DNA from: Antedon mediterranea
Lineage: Eukaryota; Animalia; Echinodermata
Direction: 5' to 3'
Length of the DNA stretch: 64,000 nt
Assembly: GCF_964355755.1 (NCBI RefSeq)
Contig: NC_092679.1
Location: 7,284,201-7,348,200, forward strand
The notes beneath the pieces are model-generated. The model saw nothing but the letters and a program-made list of their open reading frames with translations, searched no databases and had not been told where the DNA came from. Positions within the stretch are counted from its first letter, which is position 1. Every line of letters starts with the position of its first letter. Below, piece by piece: positions 52,781-64,000 of the stretch. The position numbers and the translations under genes are program-made.

Positions 52781-54085
52781 AAAAACATAAAACAAAAGAA
52801 TATTATAGATAGGTAGTCATATATCAAAACGTTTTAATTGCACAACTGTAATACAACATAATACAGTAATATAACTATCTGTTTAATTTACAAAGTTTTA
52901 TTAATTATTATTTTACATAAAGGAGGATGAAACGATGCATTTATGTTGCTTTTCTTCGTGATGAGATCATCATAGTCAAAATAAAATGTTGAAAATTTAA
53001 AAACTATAAACATTATATTCAAAACAGGTGCTCCCGTTGTAGTACGGTAGGAATTGTGTATTTATTAAGATTCCATATGGCTATGTATATAGCCATATTT
53101 ACATTTTCCTTTACATACAAATAATAATCAAATTATAATAATTTAGAATCGTGGCCGATTGCCTAGGCTTAAATATCTTTTTACATTTGCATTCTCAATT
53201 TTCACCTACAAGTTATAGGCCTAGTTCTGTTTTCATTCTTCTGTAGATACACCTAATAAATATGCCAACATTTAAAATGACATAATAATGTTTATGATGT
53301 AAAAAAGAACACGCTGACGTTTAAAATACATGACCACCATCAACGAACCAGAACTTTAATCAGAAAATGTTTTTGTGGAGGAATGTGTTTAGATTCACAC
53401 TTCCTGCTCTCCCTATTTCGAACACAACTTGTTGCCTTTGTTGACGGAGATTTCGATGTAAATGGACGAATATAATACGACACAAGGGAACATTAAAACA
53501 AGTGAAATAAATTACACATGGGGTGATGAAAATTTGTACAGAATTTGTTGGGACAACTTTGGGTCATTCTGCTGGTATATGAAGACCAAAACATACTACT
53601 TTATTAGATCTGACATTTGTGAGGAGCAAATGAAAGTATGCTAATGTCCAGGGAATGAACATTCAAATAAAGTTATTAACTTATATAAAGCGCGACTGAG
53701 GTTAGTAATGTTAATTGTGTCGGTGAGCAAAGTCAAATGTTATTAGTGAGAACGGATGAGGCTTAGGGGAGGAAGGAAGGGTGTATTCGTCCATTGGTAT
53801 AGTGATTTCATTTGGCACTACGGCATAGCAGATGTTAGTGCAATATTTGTTTATTATTATTTAATAATTATAATTATTCAGGGTAATCTTTCTTTCTCAT
53901 TAGTAGCTTTTGTTTTATATGGATCAACAAAATTACGGTATTATAGAGTGCATTCTGTTTATAATAATAATATCTTGGATTTATATAGTGTCTAATGTTG
54001 TGAAACCTCTAAGCGCTGAACATTATTACCCCAGAGATTTTTTCCTAATCAAACATGTGTGTTTTCTTCATGTCGGATTAAAATA

Positions 54086-54163
54086 TGATATTGATTGTGA
54101 ATGTGGAAGATGATATTGATTGTGAATGTGGAAGATGATATTGATTGTGAATGTGGAAGATGG
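54086..54163. repeat. Tandem repeat, 25 bp x 3, in the WD40 gene 3' UTR
   Basis: tgatattgattgtgaatgtggaaga. Confidence 0.85.
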
Positions 54164-54202
54164 TATTATCTGAAGTGTCTTCTTAATGTTGCCGAGTTCA
54201 GC

Positions 54203-54358
54203 TTAAATTGTGTGCTTTTTATCTTGTCTTTGGTTAATTGTCCTCGTCTCAATTGTGTCTTCGTCAGCTTTGTCCCCTGGCTTAAACTGTGGTGTCATCA
54301 GGTCCCAAATTCGAACATTTCCATCGTCACTACAGCTCACAATACGATCCTCAGAAAC
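54203..54358 (-). CDS. WD40-repeat protein, last coding exon
   Basis: Acceptor ctctttcag; VSEDRIVSCSDDGNVRIWDL...KKHTI-stop. Confidence 0.85.
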   Translation of the reverse strand, partial: VSEDRIVSCSDDGNVRIWDLMTPQFKPGDKADEDTIETRTINQRQDKKHTI

Positions 54359-55355
54359 CTGAAAGAGCACAGGAAACGATTGTAAAAATATAGGTGATCT
54401 TGGCACTCTTTTTAAAACATTTTGAGAAGCACACATTGTATGATAATGACGATTTCCTGTAAAGCCAGACAAACAGAAAAAAGAATAAAAGTAAGAGAAG
54501 GTATAACCTACACGACAATAAAACATTTGGTAGTCAAACAGAAAACATTTGAAGATGATGTATAGCATAATAACCTACACTATGCAACAAAACTATGGTA
54601 CATTAACTCCTAGCAGTATTAGATAGTGGTAGTTTAAGTATAGACTTACCTGTAATTAAGAAGATGAAACATGCAAAAGAAAACGTTCACCAATTTTGGT
54701 CTGGAAAATATATATGTGCATATTGCACAATCGCAAAGCATAGCAAAAAGCACATACAGAAAGAACATTCTTCAAGGACGATTTTTTTTTAATTTTAGAA
54801 AACGTTTTTTTTTTCACAAGGTGAGCACAATTACAATGTGGCAAAAACAGATAAGCGCTGAATGTTTCTTATACGATTTTCACACCAAGTTTTAAATGTT
54901 ATTACAATTGCAAAGCATAGCAAAAAGCAGATCAACATGTTTTTTCTTCACAACTTTCACAATTTTTACATGTTTGGCACAAATACAATGCATATACAAT
55001 AAACACAACAAAGTTTCATATACTCTGGAATGTTTGAACATTTTGTTATACAACTTTAAGACACAATTAATAATTATTTAGACTAAAGTTTGTACATAAA
55101 ATTAAACTTGTGTTAGGCTGCTTTAGGCAGGAAACTGTAAGTTAAACATATGCTCTCCTTATGTTTAAAAGTTACATTTTCAAGTCTGAAAACAGCAAGG
55201 TATTGGAAATTCAACATATTTAGGAAATCATTACAACGTTGATGCCAAATATGTTACAATGTTGTTAGGTTTGTTACTGCAGTAATGTAAATTTGCTGCA
55301 GCAGCTTCACAGTGCTAACCTCATCACCAGGACATGCAATGCACAATATTATCAA

Positions 55356-55686
55356 GAATTACAGTTACAGAAGTCGACGATATTGATACATAATGTTTCA
55401 GCATAAATAATAAATGGTATCTGGAATTACAGTTACAGAATTAGACGATATCGAAACATAATGGTTCAACATAAATAATAAATGGTATCTGGAATTACAG
55501 TTACAGAAGTCGACAATATTAACACATAATGTTTCAGTATAAATAATAAATGGTATCTGGAATTACAGTTACAGAATTAGACGATATCGAAACATAATGG
55601 TTCAACATAAATAATAAACGGTATCTGGAATTACAGTTACAGAAGTAATATGGACACATAATGGTTCAACATAAATAATAAATGGT
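55356..55686. repeat. Minisatellite, 68 bp unit, ~5 copies with alternating A/B variants
   Basis: gaattacagttacagaa...cataaataataaatggtatctg recurs every 68 bp. Confidence 0.92.
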
Positions 55687-58600
55687 TTTTGGAGTTACCC
55701 ATTTAAAAAGTTTCGAAACAAAAATTAATTCAGTGAAACCAGGACCAAAAACAACAGGAAATGAATATAGGATATTGAAAAGTGTTGAATACTTAACCTA
55801 GCTGGATTCAAATATTGAAGTATTGAATATAATGCTTCACAACATATTGTATTCATTACTGCAGTAGCTTTGGAAGTAAACCCTATGATACCAAGGCAAT
55901 GCCTTGCCAATTTCCTTCTAATGCTGTTGATGTACAGTTTAATTTCAGCGACATTCTGGAGTTAAGTGTGCTTATACGTGGGCGATACAAATACAGTAAT
56001 TAGACAAATTTGCATGTCAACTTCAGCTTCTATCTTTCAATGGTTTTCCATAACTTTGAAATCTTTATCATATCATTTTATCATAATTATCGTATCAAAT
56101 TCCATTGTAATTAACTTCAATTTTTTTGTTCGATAAAATACCATTGTATAATACTCTTTTGAGACATGGAGTTCTAATTTACTTTACTTACCAAAAGTGT
56201 TTTCTTGATAAAGTAAAGAGGCAGAAAAAATAAATGAGAAATATTTGAGAAACGTGTGTATTTGTATCAGTAGTAGTAAGATGTATCAATTGTAACGATA
56301 TTTATATTATTTGATTGGAATTGGTCTCCTTAATTTCAACCAGCATTATTTTGTTCATCTGGATGGGTTACCCTCTATAAATTAAAAAAAAACTTCACTA
56401 TTAAAAGGAAAGAAATGTCTGGTAAGTTTTTAGTAAACTAAATTTCCCAAAAGGCCTCATTCTAAAAAGTGCTTTCAGTCGTACTTAACGGAACATTAAC
56501 TCATTTTGTTACATTTTTCCGACAATTAATGTCATGTTTGAAAATTCTTGATGTCAAATAAATGTACAAAATTCCATAAATAATCTTTATTTACAATCAG
56601 AACACGGACAGCGTTCAATGGTGAGGCAAGTAAACAAAAAACTTTACCGGCACATAAATTACTAAACTTTAAACTGAGTAATAAAAAATCTAACATAACA
56701 CAAATAACGATTGAGGTATTGAAAGTTAATGACGGATAAAGTAATTTATAGTTTGTATTTTGTGTTTATGGATTGGGAAGTTATTTTACATCATAAATTA
56801 AAAAAATAGTTTAATAATGCAATAGGGAAAATTTGTATGGTCATATTTTATTCAATCTTAAAATAATCCTTTTATATAATAATCATTTTATTTTTCATTT
56901 ATTCATTCAATCATTCACAGACCTCCCAAGCCTCCATGTGTGCTTCAACCACCAGCAAAACCATTTCTAGCTGAATAATTGGTGCTTGAAATGTTTTGGT
57001 GCAGATGTTATTTTTCTAAATAATAATTAAAGTTGATAACTTTAAATGTTATTTATTTGGCGAATCAATTCACATAATTCCATATATTGCAGATCAACAT
57101 GCTGGCCAGCAACATATTTTTTTATCAGTGTAGTTACTAGTGGCATTGTAGTCCGGTGGTATGGCTTCTGTTAGACTTGCCTTTTCATGGTGTCCACCAG
57201 TTGATTTTTTTCTGTAATCGTATGAAATACCATGTGTGCCAAAATAATTATCTTTTTACCTAAAGTCAAATCACTGTATAAAGCCACTATTCAAGAGTTC
57301 TGTGTTCAAATCCTCTAGTTGTACCACAATTGTTCTCATGACCAAAATCACACTAAACTGTATACGTTATACTTGCATTTCATTCTTATCCTATAAATAC
57401 TGATTAATTCACTGACATTTATATAAATATCTTCACATAAATTCCATAATTCATGTGCCAGATAAAAATTTAGATTCTTATTTTATTTAATTATATATTA
57501 GATGAAAGGGTAACCCACACCATAGGTCAATGTTGGGCTGTTTGTAATTTATTACTCCACTGGGACATCATTATGATCACTTACACTGCTGGGACACACA
57601 CCTGAAATACCATTACATTTTTATACTTTCTAATTATCTAGTTATGATTGTTGAGAATTTATTTTCAAAATCTTCCAGGTCTTGTTGATCAAGGTTCAAT
57701 TTTACTGGAAAACGTGTTTTTTTTTTCTTACAACAGAAGCACAATTCCCAATACATCATAGTAAAATGTGTTCTATCGTTCAAAGTTTATTTTTAGGCAC
57801 CAAAAAAACGCAAAAAGTACAAGAACATTGTTATATATTATAGTCACATATTATGAATTAAAATTGTGGTGCATTAATGGTGCGAAAAAAACAAACATTA
57901 AGAGGAAATTTTTAGGACCCAACAAAATGTCCTCTTAATAGGAGTACCCCTGATATGAGGGTTTGCTTCCCATGTTAAATTCATGGGAAAGTGTCTCCTA
58001 GGCTTGTCAAAAAGAAGAGGTTTTCTACTACTGTTTATACCATGTTTCTAGGTTGAGACGACAAAATACTTTGATGCTACTCTAGATAGTGGGACATGCT
58101 GTCCTCAATTCACAGACGAAGGGGTCCAAATCTAGGAGGTAAGCACACCCTCCCCCCCATGCATACTGTACTGTTAAAGTATCACCCATGAAAATGTTTT
58201 CTTTGTCAAGCATTTTATTTGAGCTATTTCAAACATCACACCCCTAGATTTACGAGTGTTTTAAAAATCTTCAACCCCCTTAGAGCCGATTTGAAATATA
58301 ATCAGGCCAGCAATTTAATATTAGCAAATTGGTAGAAATCACTTCAATTGAACAGAATGTGGAGGTTAAACAAAGCCTCATCCCAAGTGGATTGAAAGTA
58401 AAATTGTCATATTACAGTTTATACCTGTATACAAAGTAAGTACAGTAGTACAGAAGATTGAACAATTACTACTAGTACACAGCTATTTTATCACCAAGCC
58501 AGGGGAAAGAGGGGTGTCATAAAGAATATACACTAGTTAGGCCTATTTCACTGCTCGTCTCTCAAACTCCAAGGTAGTAACACAAGATCCTCTGAAAACC

Positions 58601-58712
58601 ACCCTGAATGCTCTCTTTTTTTTTCAAAGTCCCAAAACACAATAACGACACATCATGGACTTAGATAGGTACCTTAGATTTAGCCACAAAAGAACAAGAA
58701 CTAGTTCATTAC

Positions 58713-58800
58713 CTGTACGTCTCTGACAGCTCCTTTGTGGCCTTGCAAAGCTCGAACACACGTCATTGTGAAAAGATCCCATTCTTTAATAGAAGTATCT
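58713..58800 (-). CDS. WD40-repeat protein, penultimate coding exon; gene continues upstream, probably beyond the window
   Basis: tttttag/gtaatg; DTSIKEWDLFTMTCVRALQGHKGAVRDVQ joins in frame to VSEDRIVSCSDDGNVRIWD, giving a full GH...WD repeat. Confidence 0.87.
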
Positions 58801-59553
58801 CTAAAAAGACAATAACTAATGTATGAAAAAAATGCTATAACATTAGGTAATATTTTCATTAACTCATTTCACTTCAAGTAGTACAATGTGTTGTAAATAA
58901 CGCTTAGTGAATATTTATTTTTATTTTCATCATGCTTTGCTTTAAATAAAATGAACTTTTACCACCTCCTGTTTCTGAATGGATAAAACTAAATCACAAG
59001 CATTAGAGAGAATTTGTTTTCCTCAGAATTAAAGCTTTTGAGATTATCACATACTATTGCCCACAAATCTATTGCCATTTATCACTTGTTTCACAATTGT
59101 CCATATCAAAAGAACACAACCTACTATATGTGCACTTGTTCATTCTATTTTACGTAGTTTTTCAGCACATTTCCAATTTCCCTTAACCCTAGAAACCCTC
59201 TCCGTCCCCAATCTCACAGTATACTATAAATTAGCTCCCCTTCAATTTCCTGTTAAAAACTGGTAATGGTAAAGTTCACTATTAGAGGTCTAACTGTACA
59301 ATGTTGTGAAAAACTATAACGTTACATTAAGTCAAAGTAAGTTACTAATTAGAATAAAATCCTACGGAAATGCTAGTCTAGGCCAACTGGTTGTAGGCTG
59401 TTATTGCCAACTATTGTACATGTTGTATTAGCTTTATAGCCCTTTTGCTTACTGATTCGTACATGCGCTAGGCTCTTAACACACAATAATCCCATAACCA
59501 CATATTACACGATAAATAATAACAATGAAACTTAAATGTAGATATATATTTAA

Positions 59554-60230
59554 GGGTATGTTCAGACTCACGGAGTTACGGTGGAGTTATGTAAAGCGGC
59601 ATACATATTTTTGTGTCTGAACCATGTCGCGGATTAGCGTTAGGGAGCTGTTACTCCGCGCCAGTGGCGTTAATAACTCTAGCGGGAGAGGGTAGATTTC
59701 ATAACGCTAATCCAGTGATGCATCAGTGATTTTAACCTTATAACCAATGAAAATACACGACCACGATTAGCAGACAGCAACTACATACAGTACCCGTACC
59801 CTATAATACGACAGCGAAATAGCTGTCAAATGTATTTTCAGGTTCAGATTTTAAAGAACAGTAAAATTGGCGTCAGTAATATGATATATTCATAAATTAA
59901 ATCAATTAATCAGATAATTGTCCGTGTAACAATTACGTTTTAAATTATTTTGAATTAAAATGCAATTCTACAAGTAGTAAGAAGAAATCAGTATATTTGA
60001 AGGTAAACATATAAATAAAAAAAAAAAAAAAAAAAAATGTAAACGATGTAAACTTTCATGCATTGTCATGAATGTATACATATAGTTCTATCTGCTTTGA
60101 TCTGATCAGAGTGTTTCAAGGCATTGGAATGTTGATCGTTGTGTCTGAACACCTTGGCTTTTAACGCCACGGTTTACCGTACACCTTGCGTAGATAACTC
60201 CACCGTAACTCTGTGAGTCTGAACATACCC
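59554..60230. mobile_element. Intact non-autonomous PIF/Harbinger-type DNA transposon (677 bp)
   Basis: 37 bp TIRs gggtatgttcagactcacggagttacggtggagttat / ataactccaccgtaactctgtgagtctgaacataccc (1 mismatch), TAA target duplication on both sides. Confidence 0.9.
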
Positions 60231-60695
60231 TAAATAGCAACTAAGAACGTCAGCAGACTGCTTGCAATATGTCATCACCTTTCTGCTTCACCAAAGGTCA
60301 GAGAGCTTAACAATATTGCTTTATAGAATTACGCTAAATCTGTTTATTATTAATAAGTGCTGAAAAAAATACTAAAAACAGAATGAATTTTGAAACAATT
60401 CTTAGTGGTCAATAAAAATGACCTTAACAAAAAAATTACTTTTTCCTCTCATGTGGTTAAAACAAAGGGTGACCAAGCAGAATCTAATTAAAAAACTTGC
60501 TTTTTCTTGTGTTTTAAATTTGCACAGGTAGATCTTGATTGAGCTGTGGGACACGTTATCGTTTGTTATCAGAGAATTTCAAAGTTTACGCCTAAAACAC
60601 TGGGTCAGGTTTTCCTTTCTGTAGGAAGTAAGAAACAAATGAGTATGTGTGTATGGCTTCTTGCTACTCAATCATAGAATGACAGTAAGGGTACG

Positions 60696-60900
60696 TTCAC
60701 ACTGAACACAATACATGAAATCAAGAGAAATTGGTGTAGTGTTCCATTCACACTGAACACAATACATGAAATCAAGAGAAATTGGTGTAGTGTTCCATTT
60801 ACACTGAATACAATACATGAAATCAAGAGAAATTGGTGTAGTGTTTTATTCACACTGAACAAAGTACATAAAATCATGAGAAAATGGTGTAGTGTTCCAT
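60696..60900. repeat. Minisatellite, 51 bp unit, 4 copies
   Basis: ttcacactgaacacaatacatgaaatcaagagaaattggtgtagtgttcca. Confidence 0.92.
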
Positions 60901-61713
60901 TTAAACGCATTCCTGATTTGGTACAAAACATACAAGTGTGAAAAACATGAGTTTTATTTAGTATACAGACTAAATGTGGCTTTAGGTGTGGGGATAGATT
61001 AGATTTCAATAACATAATTATCAAATCGATTAAACCTTCTTTTGTGATTTTTTCTTCTGAAAAATGATCTTTGGATATATCTACAATGAAATTATAACTA
61101 CTTTTTGATATCTTTGACAGACTATTATATTATTGGCGCTTCCCCTTTTTCTTCATATAGAGGTCTTTTTCTAGGATTTTTAAAACATAATACTACAATG
61201 AAAATAGTGTTTCATAGAAACTTTTTTTACTAGAAAAGTACTTTAAAAATGTAGACCGCAATGGTTTGAATTAAATCGTCATTTATGATGGTAATGAAAA
61301 AACACAAAAGGTCAACAACAGAGCATTACAGGGAAGAAAGGAAGTAGCTGACTACAACTGATACAAAACACATACATTCCTAGAAATGATTTAGATTTTA
61401 TTCAAAATGTTCTTTATATTTGTAGTACTTTCTAAAGTGTGGGGACTCAAGGGAAGTTGAAATGAAAGTTGACATGGCTATTGACCATAACTAACAATAT
61501 CATAATATTAATATGTTATGTTTCACATTAAGAGGCCTATATAAAACAAAACAGAAAACAGTAAAAACTCATCTTAGAATTTTTATATGAACATTAAAAT
61601 CCAAAACATTTTTAAAAATACAAAATCAAAATATCTACAAGTGAAAAGACGTGCACAAAAGCAGTTGTCACAGTTTTTTCAGTTTGGGATTCCTGATGTA
61701 AAAGAGAACAATG

Positions 61714-62206
61714 TAAATATAAAGAGCCTTAAATATAAAGAGCCTTAAATATAAAGAGCCTTAAATATAAAGAGCCTTAAATATAAAGAGCCTTAAATAT
61801 AAAGAGCCCTAAATATAAAGAGCCCTAAATATAAAGAGCCCTAAATATAAAGAGCCTTAAATATAAAGAGCCTTAAATATAAAGAGCCCTAAATATAAAG
61901 AGCCCTAAATATAAAGAGCCCTAAATATAAAGAGCCTTAAATATAAAGAGCCTTAAATATAAAGAGCCTTAAATATAAAGAGCCCTAAATGTAAAGAGCC
62001 CTAAATGTAAAGAGCCTTAAATGTAAAGAGCCTTAAATATAAAGAGCCTTAAATATAAAGAGCCCTAAATATAAAGAGCCCTAAATATAAAGAGCCCTAA
62101 ATATAAAGAGCCCTAAATATAAAGAGCCCTAAATATAAAGAGCCCTAAATATAAAGAGCCCTAAATATAAAGAGCCCTAAATATAAAGAGCCCTAAATAT
62201 AAAGAG
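61714..62206. repeat. Minisatellite, 16 bp unit, ~30 copies
   Basis: taaatataaagagcc(t/c) tandem. Confidence 0.97.
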
Positions 62207-62438
62207 AACAATGTAAGTCTAGGATTTCTCAATATAATGTCTCTACTAGTATTAACTTAAAGCCAGGACTGATTTTTTTTTTTAAAGAATATATCATCAT
62301 AACAAAAGAAGGTGTAGAATATTAATTTATTTTTAAATAAATTGGAGGAAAGAAAATCCAAGAAAGTTGTTTACTGGAATGAAACATACTTCCATAATTT
62401 TGCAGCCAGTGATCAGCTTAGTTTGTGCTTTGACCTTA

Positions 62439-62510
62439 CCAGGTACCCATTTGTACACCTGGGTGGAGAGAGGCAAACATATTTAGTAAAGTGTGTTGCC
62501 AAAGAATACA
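62439..62510 (-). mobile_element. SINE central-domain fragment (CORE/Meta-like)
   Basis: Minus strand reads ...tgcctctctccacccaggtgtacaaatgggtacctgg, resembling a widely conserved invertebrate SINE core as I recall it. Confidence 0.5.
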
Positions 62511-64000
62511 GGCAATGCAATGAGCAGGGTTATACAAAATGTCTAATGAATGGTACAAGTGGAACAATGTTGTATAAACCAATCTGCTTCAAATATATCT
62601 TGCTAAAATGCATACCCAGGTCAGTTAACTGTTTTTGCCAACAAAATATCAATATCTTACATCGCCCTATTTCTGTTGTGTAAACTTGACCACATGCTTT
62701 TTGAGTCATAGTAATTTGGCTTGTTGCCTATGGTCAATGGGAACATAGAACATGTTCTTACACCTAGCACATTAACATAAAGTGCATACAAACCACACAG
62801 TTGAATGTTATAATTGTGATTTCCTACATAAATTATAATTCAATCCGCATTTAAATCGAAGATAACACACGTGGCGACAGTAACCTTGATAAAATAGTAC
62901 ATTTAATTTAATGTCAATATTTTTAATAATCATCAAAATGTTTTTAAACAAAGAAAAAAAAATTGTTTGGTAATAAGATTTATTTCTTGATTTTTCAAAG
63001 CATTAATAAAGTTTGAATGTGACAATTGCGATTCAAACCTCTATTAAGGGGACACCTTTAAGACCCAACAGTGTGTCTTTGCAATAGGAATGTCCCCTGT
63101 GGTCTGATCGAGTGTAAAAACTTGTCCCTCATTTGATTCACAAGGAAGTATCTCCTTGAGGTGTATCCCAAAAGAGTCCTTTAAAATCATATTGAGATTT
63201 TGTTCTAAAGCTCTTAATTTTTCAATATCTATTCTTTTAAAATCTTTTTCCGAGGAATGACAGAGAGAGGCAAAGAAGATGGGAAGAACGAAACAACATT
63301 ATAGAGTATAGACTGATTTGCTAAGATCCATGTGACACAGTCAACTGTTTTTACCAATAACATATTAATTTCTTCCATCATCCTAATTCTTTTGTTCTGT
63401 ATTGTGAAAATTAAACAGACCTTAAACATTCATTAGGATGTATTCAATAAATAGTTTATACAATAATTGTGGAATCATGGTCACTCTGTTTTGGCACAAA
63501 GTATAGAAGAAAAAAACTCCTAAACTAAAAGGAAAGTTGTCAAAAATGAAGAGTTAACCAAATGTTATTGAGGGAATGTTTTTATACCATTATTTTGAAA
63601 TTGTAAAGGATATGACACAGTACAGAACACATAGGAATGTTGAAAGATATGGACACATTATAACATATGTTATTGACAATTTCATTTTCTACTTAATTTT
63701 AATTGATGCATCCTTTTTGGAGAAATTGTTTAAAACTACAAATGGAAATATGTGTCCATTTTTGTACAGTAATTACTGTATTAGGACTCATGTGGTCCTA
63801 AAGTCTATACGAAGCATCACACACTATACACAAGTTTAGTTCCCACCAACTAGGTGAAATTATGAAATTGGGGTAGTCACGGAAGACAACAAAAAAACCC
63901 ACAAACTTATAATTCATATTATAGAAATAAATACATTGCCTGTGACAACCCATTGCAGGCCCTTTGTAAATGTATGAATTTCCTGCCTAACAGACAAACC

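Noticed and set aside
62342-63839. Short ORFs as further WD40 exons
   Set aside because: No GH/WD pattern or consistent splice sites; 62342 overlaps a SINE fragment

Overview
AT-rich, intron-containing animal genomic DNA, most likely an invertebrate deuterostome such as an echinoderm (inferred from a univin-type gene sitting next to BMP2/4). There are four protein-coding loci. (1) A + strand receptor tyrosine kinase with FN3-like ectodomain, TM helix and intact kinase, 18 exons reconstructed by hand at 1880-14693; its 5' end lies outside the window. (2) univin/Vg1 (GDF1/3 group), 2 coding exons, 19595-21604. (3) BMP2/4, 2 coding exons, 30364-31804, with a probable non-coding first exon near 26.9-27.1 kb. 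(4) The last two exons of a - strand WD40 protein, 54203-58800. A roughly 22 kb gene-free stretch lies 3' of BMP2/4. The rest is a 1.3 kb foldback, a truncated CR1/L2-like LINE, several MITE families, SINE and DINE-like fragments, and many minisatellites. Most notable observations: a duplicated, synonymously diverged LxVP motif plus degron and PDZ motifs in the RTK tail; non-canonical receptor-contact residues in BMP2/4; a Su(H)/CSL site cluster in the desert; and strong enrichment of the palindrome TAGGCCTA confined to a CpG-rich domain around univin/BMP2/4. All coordinates were read by eye and no searches were run.
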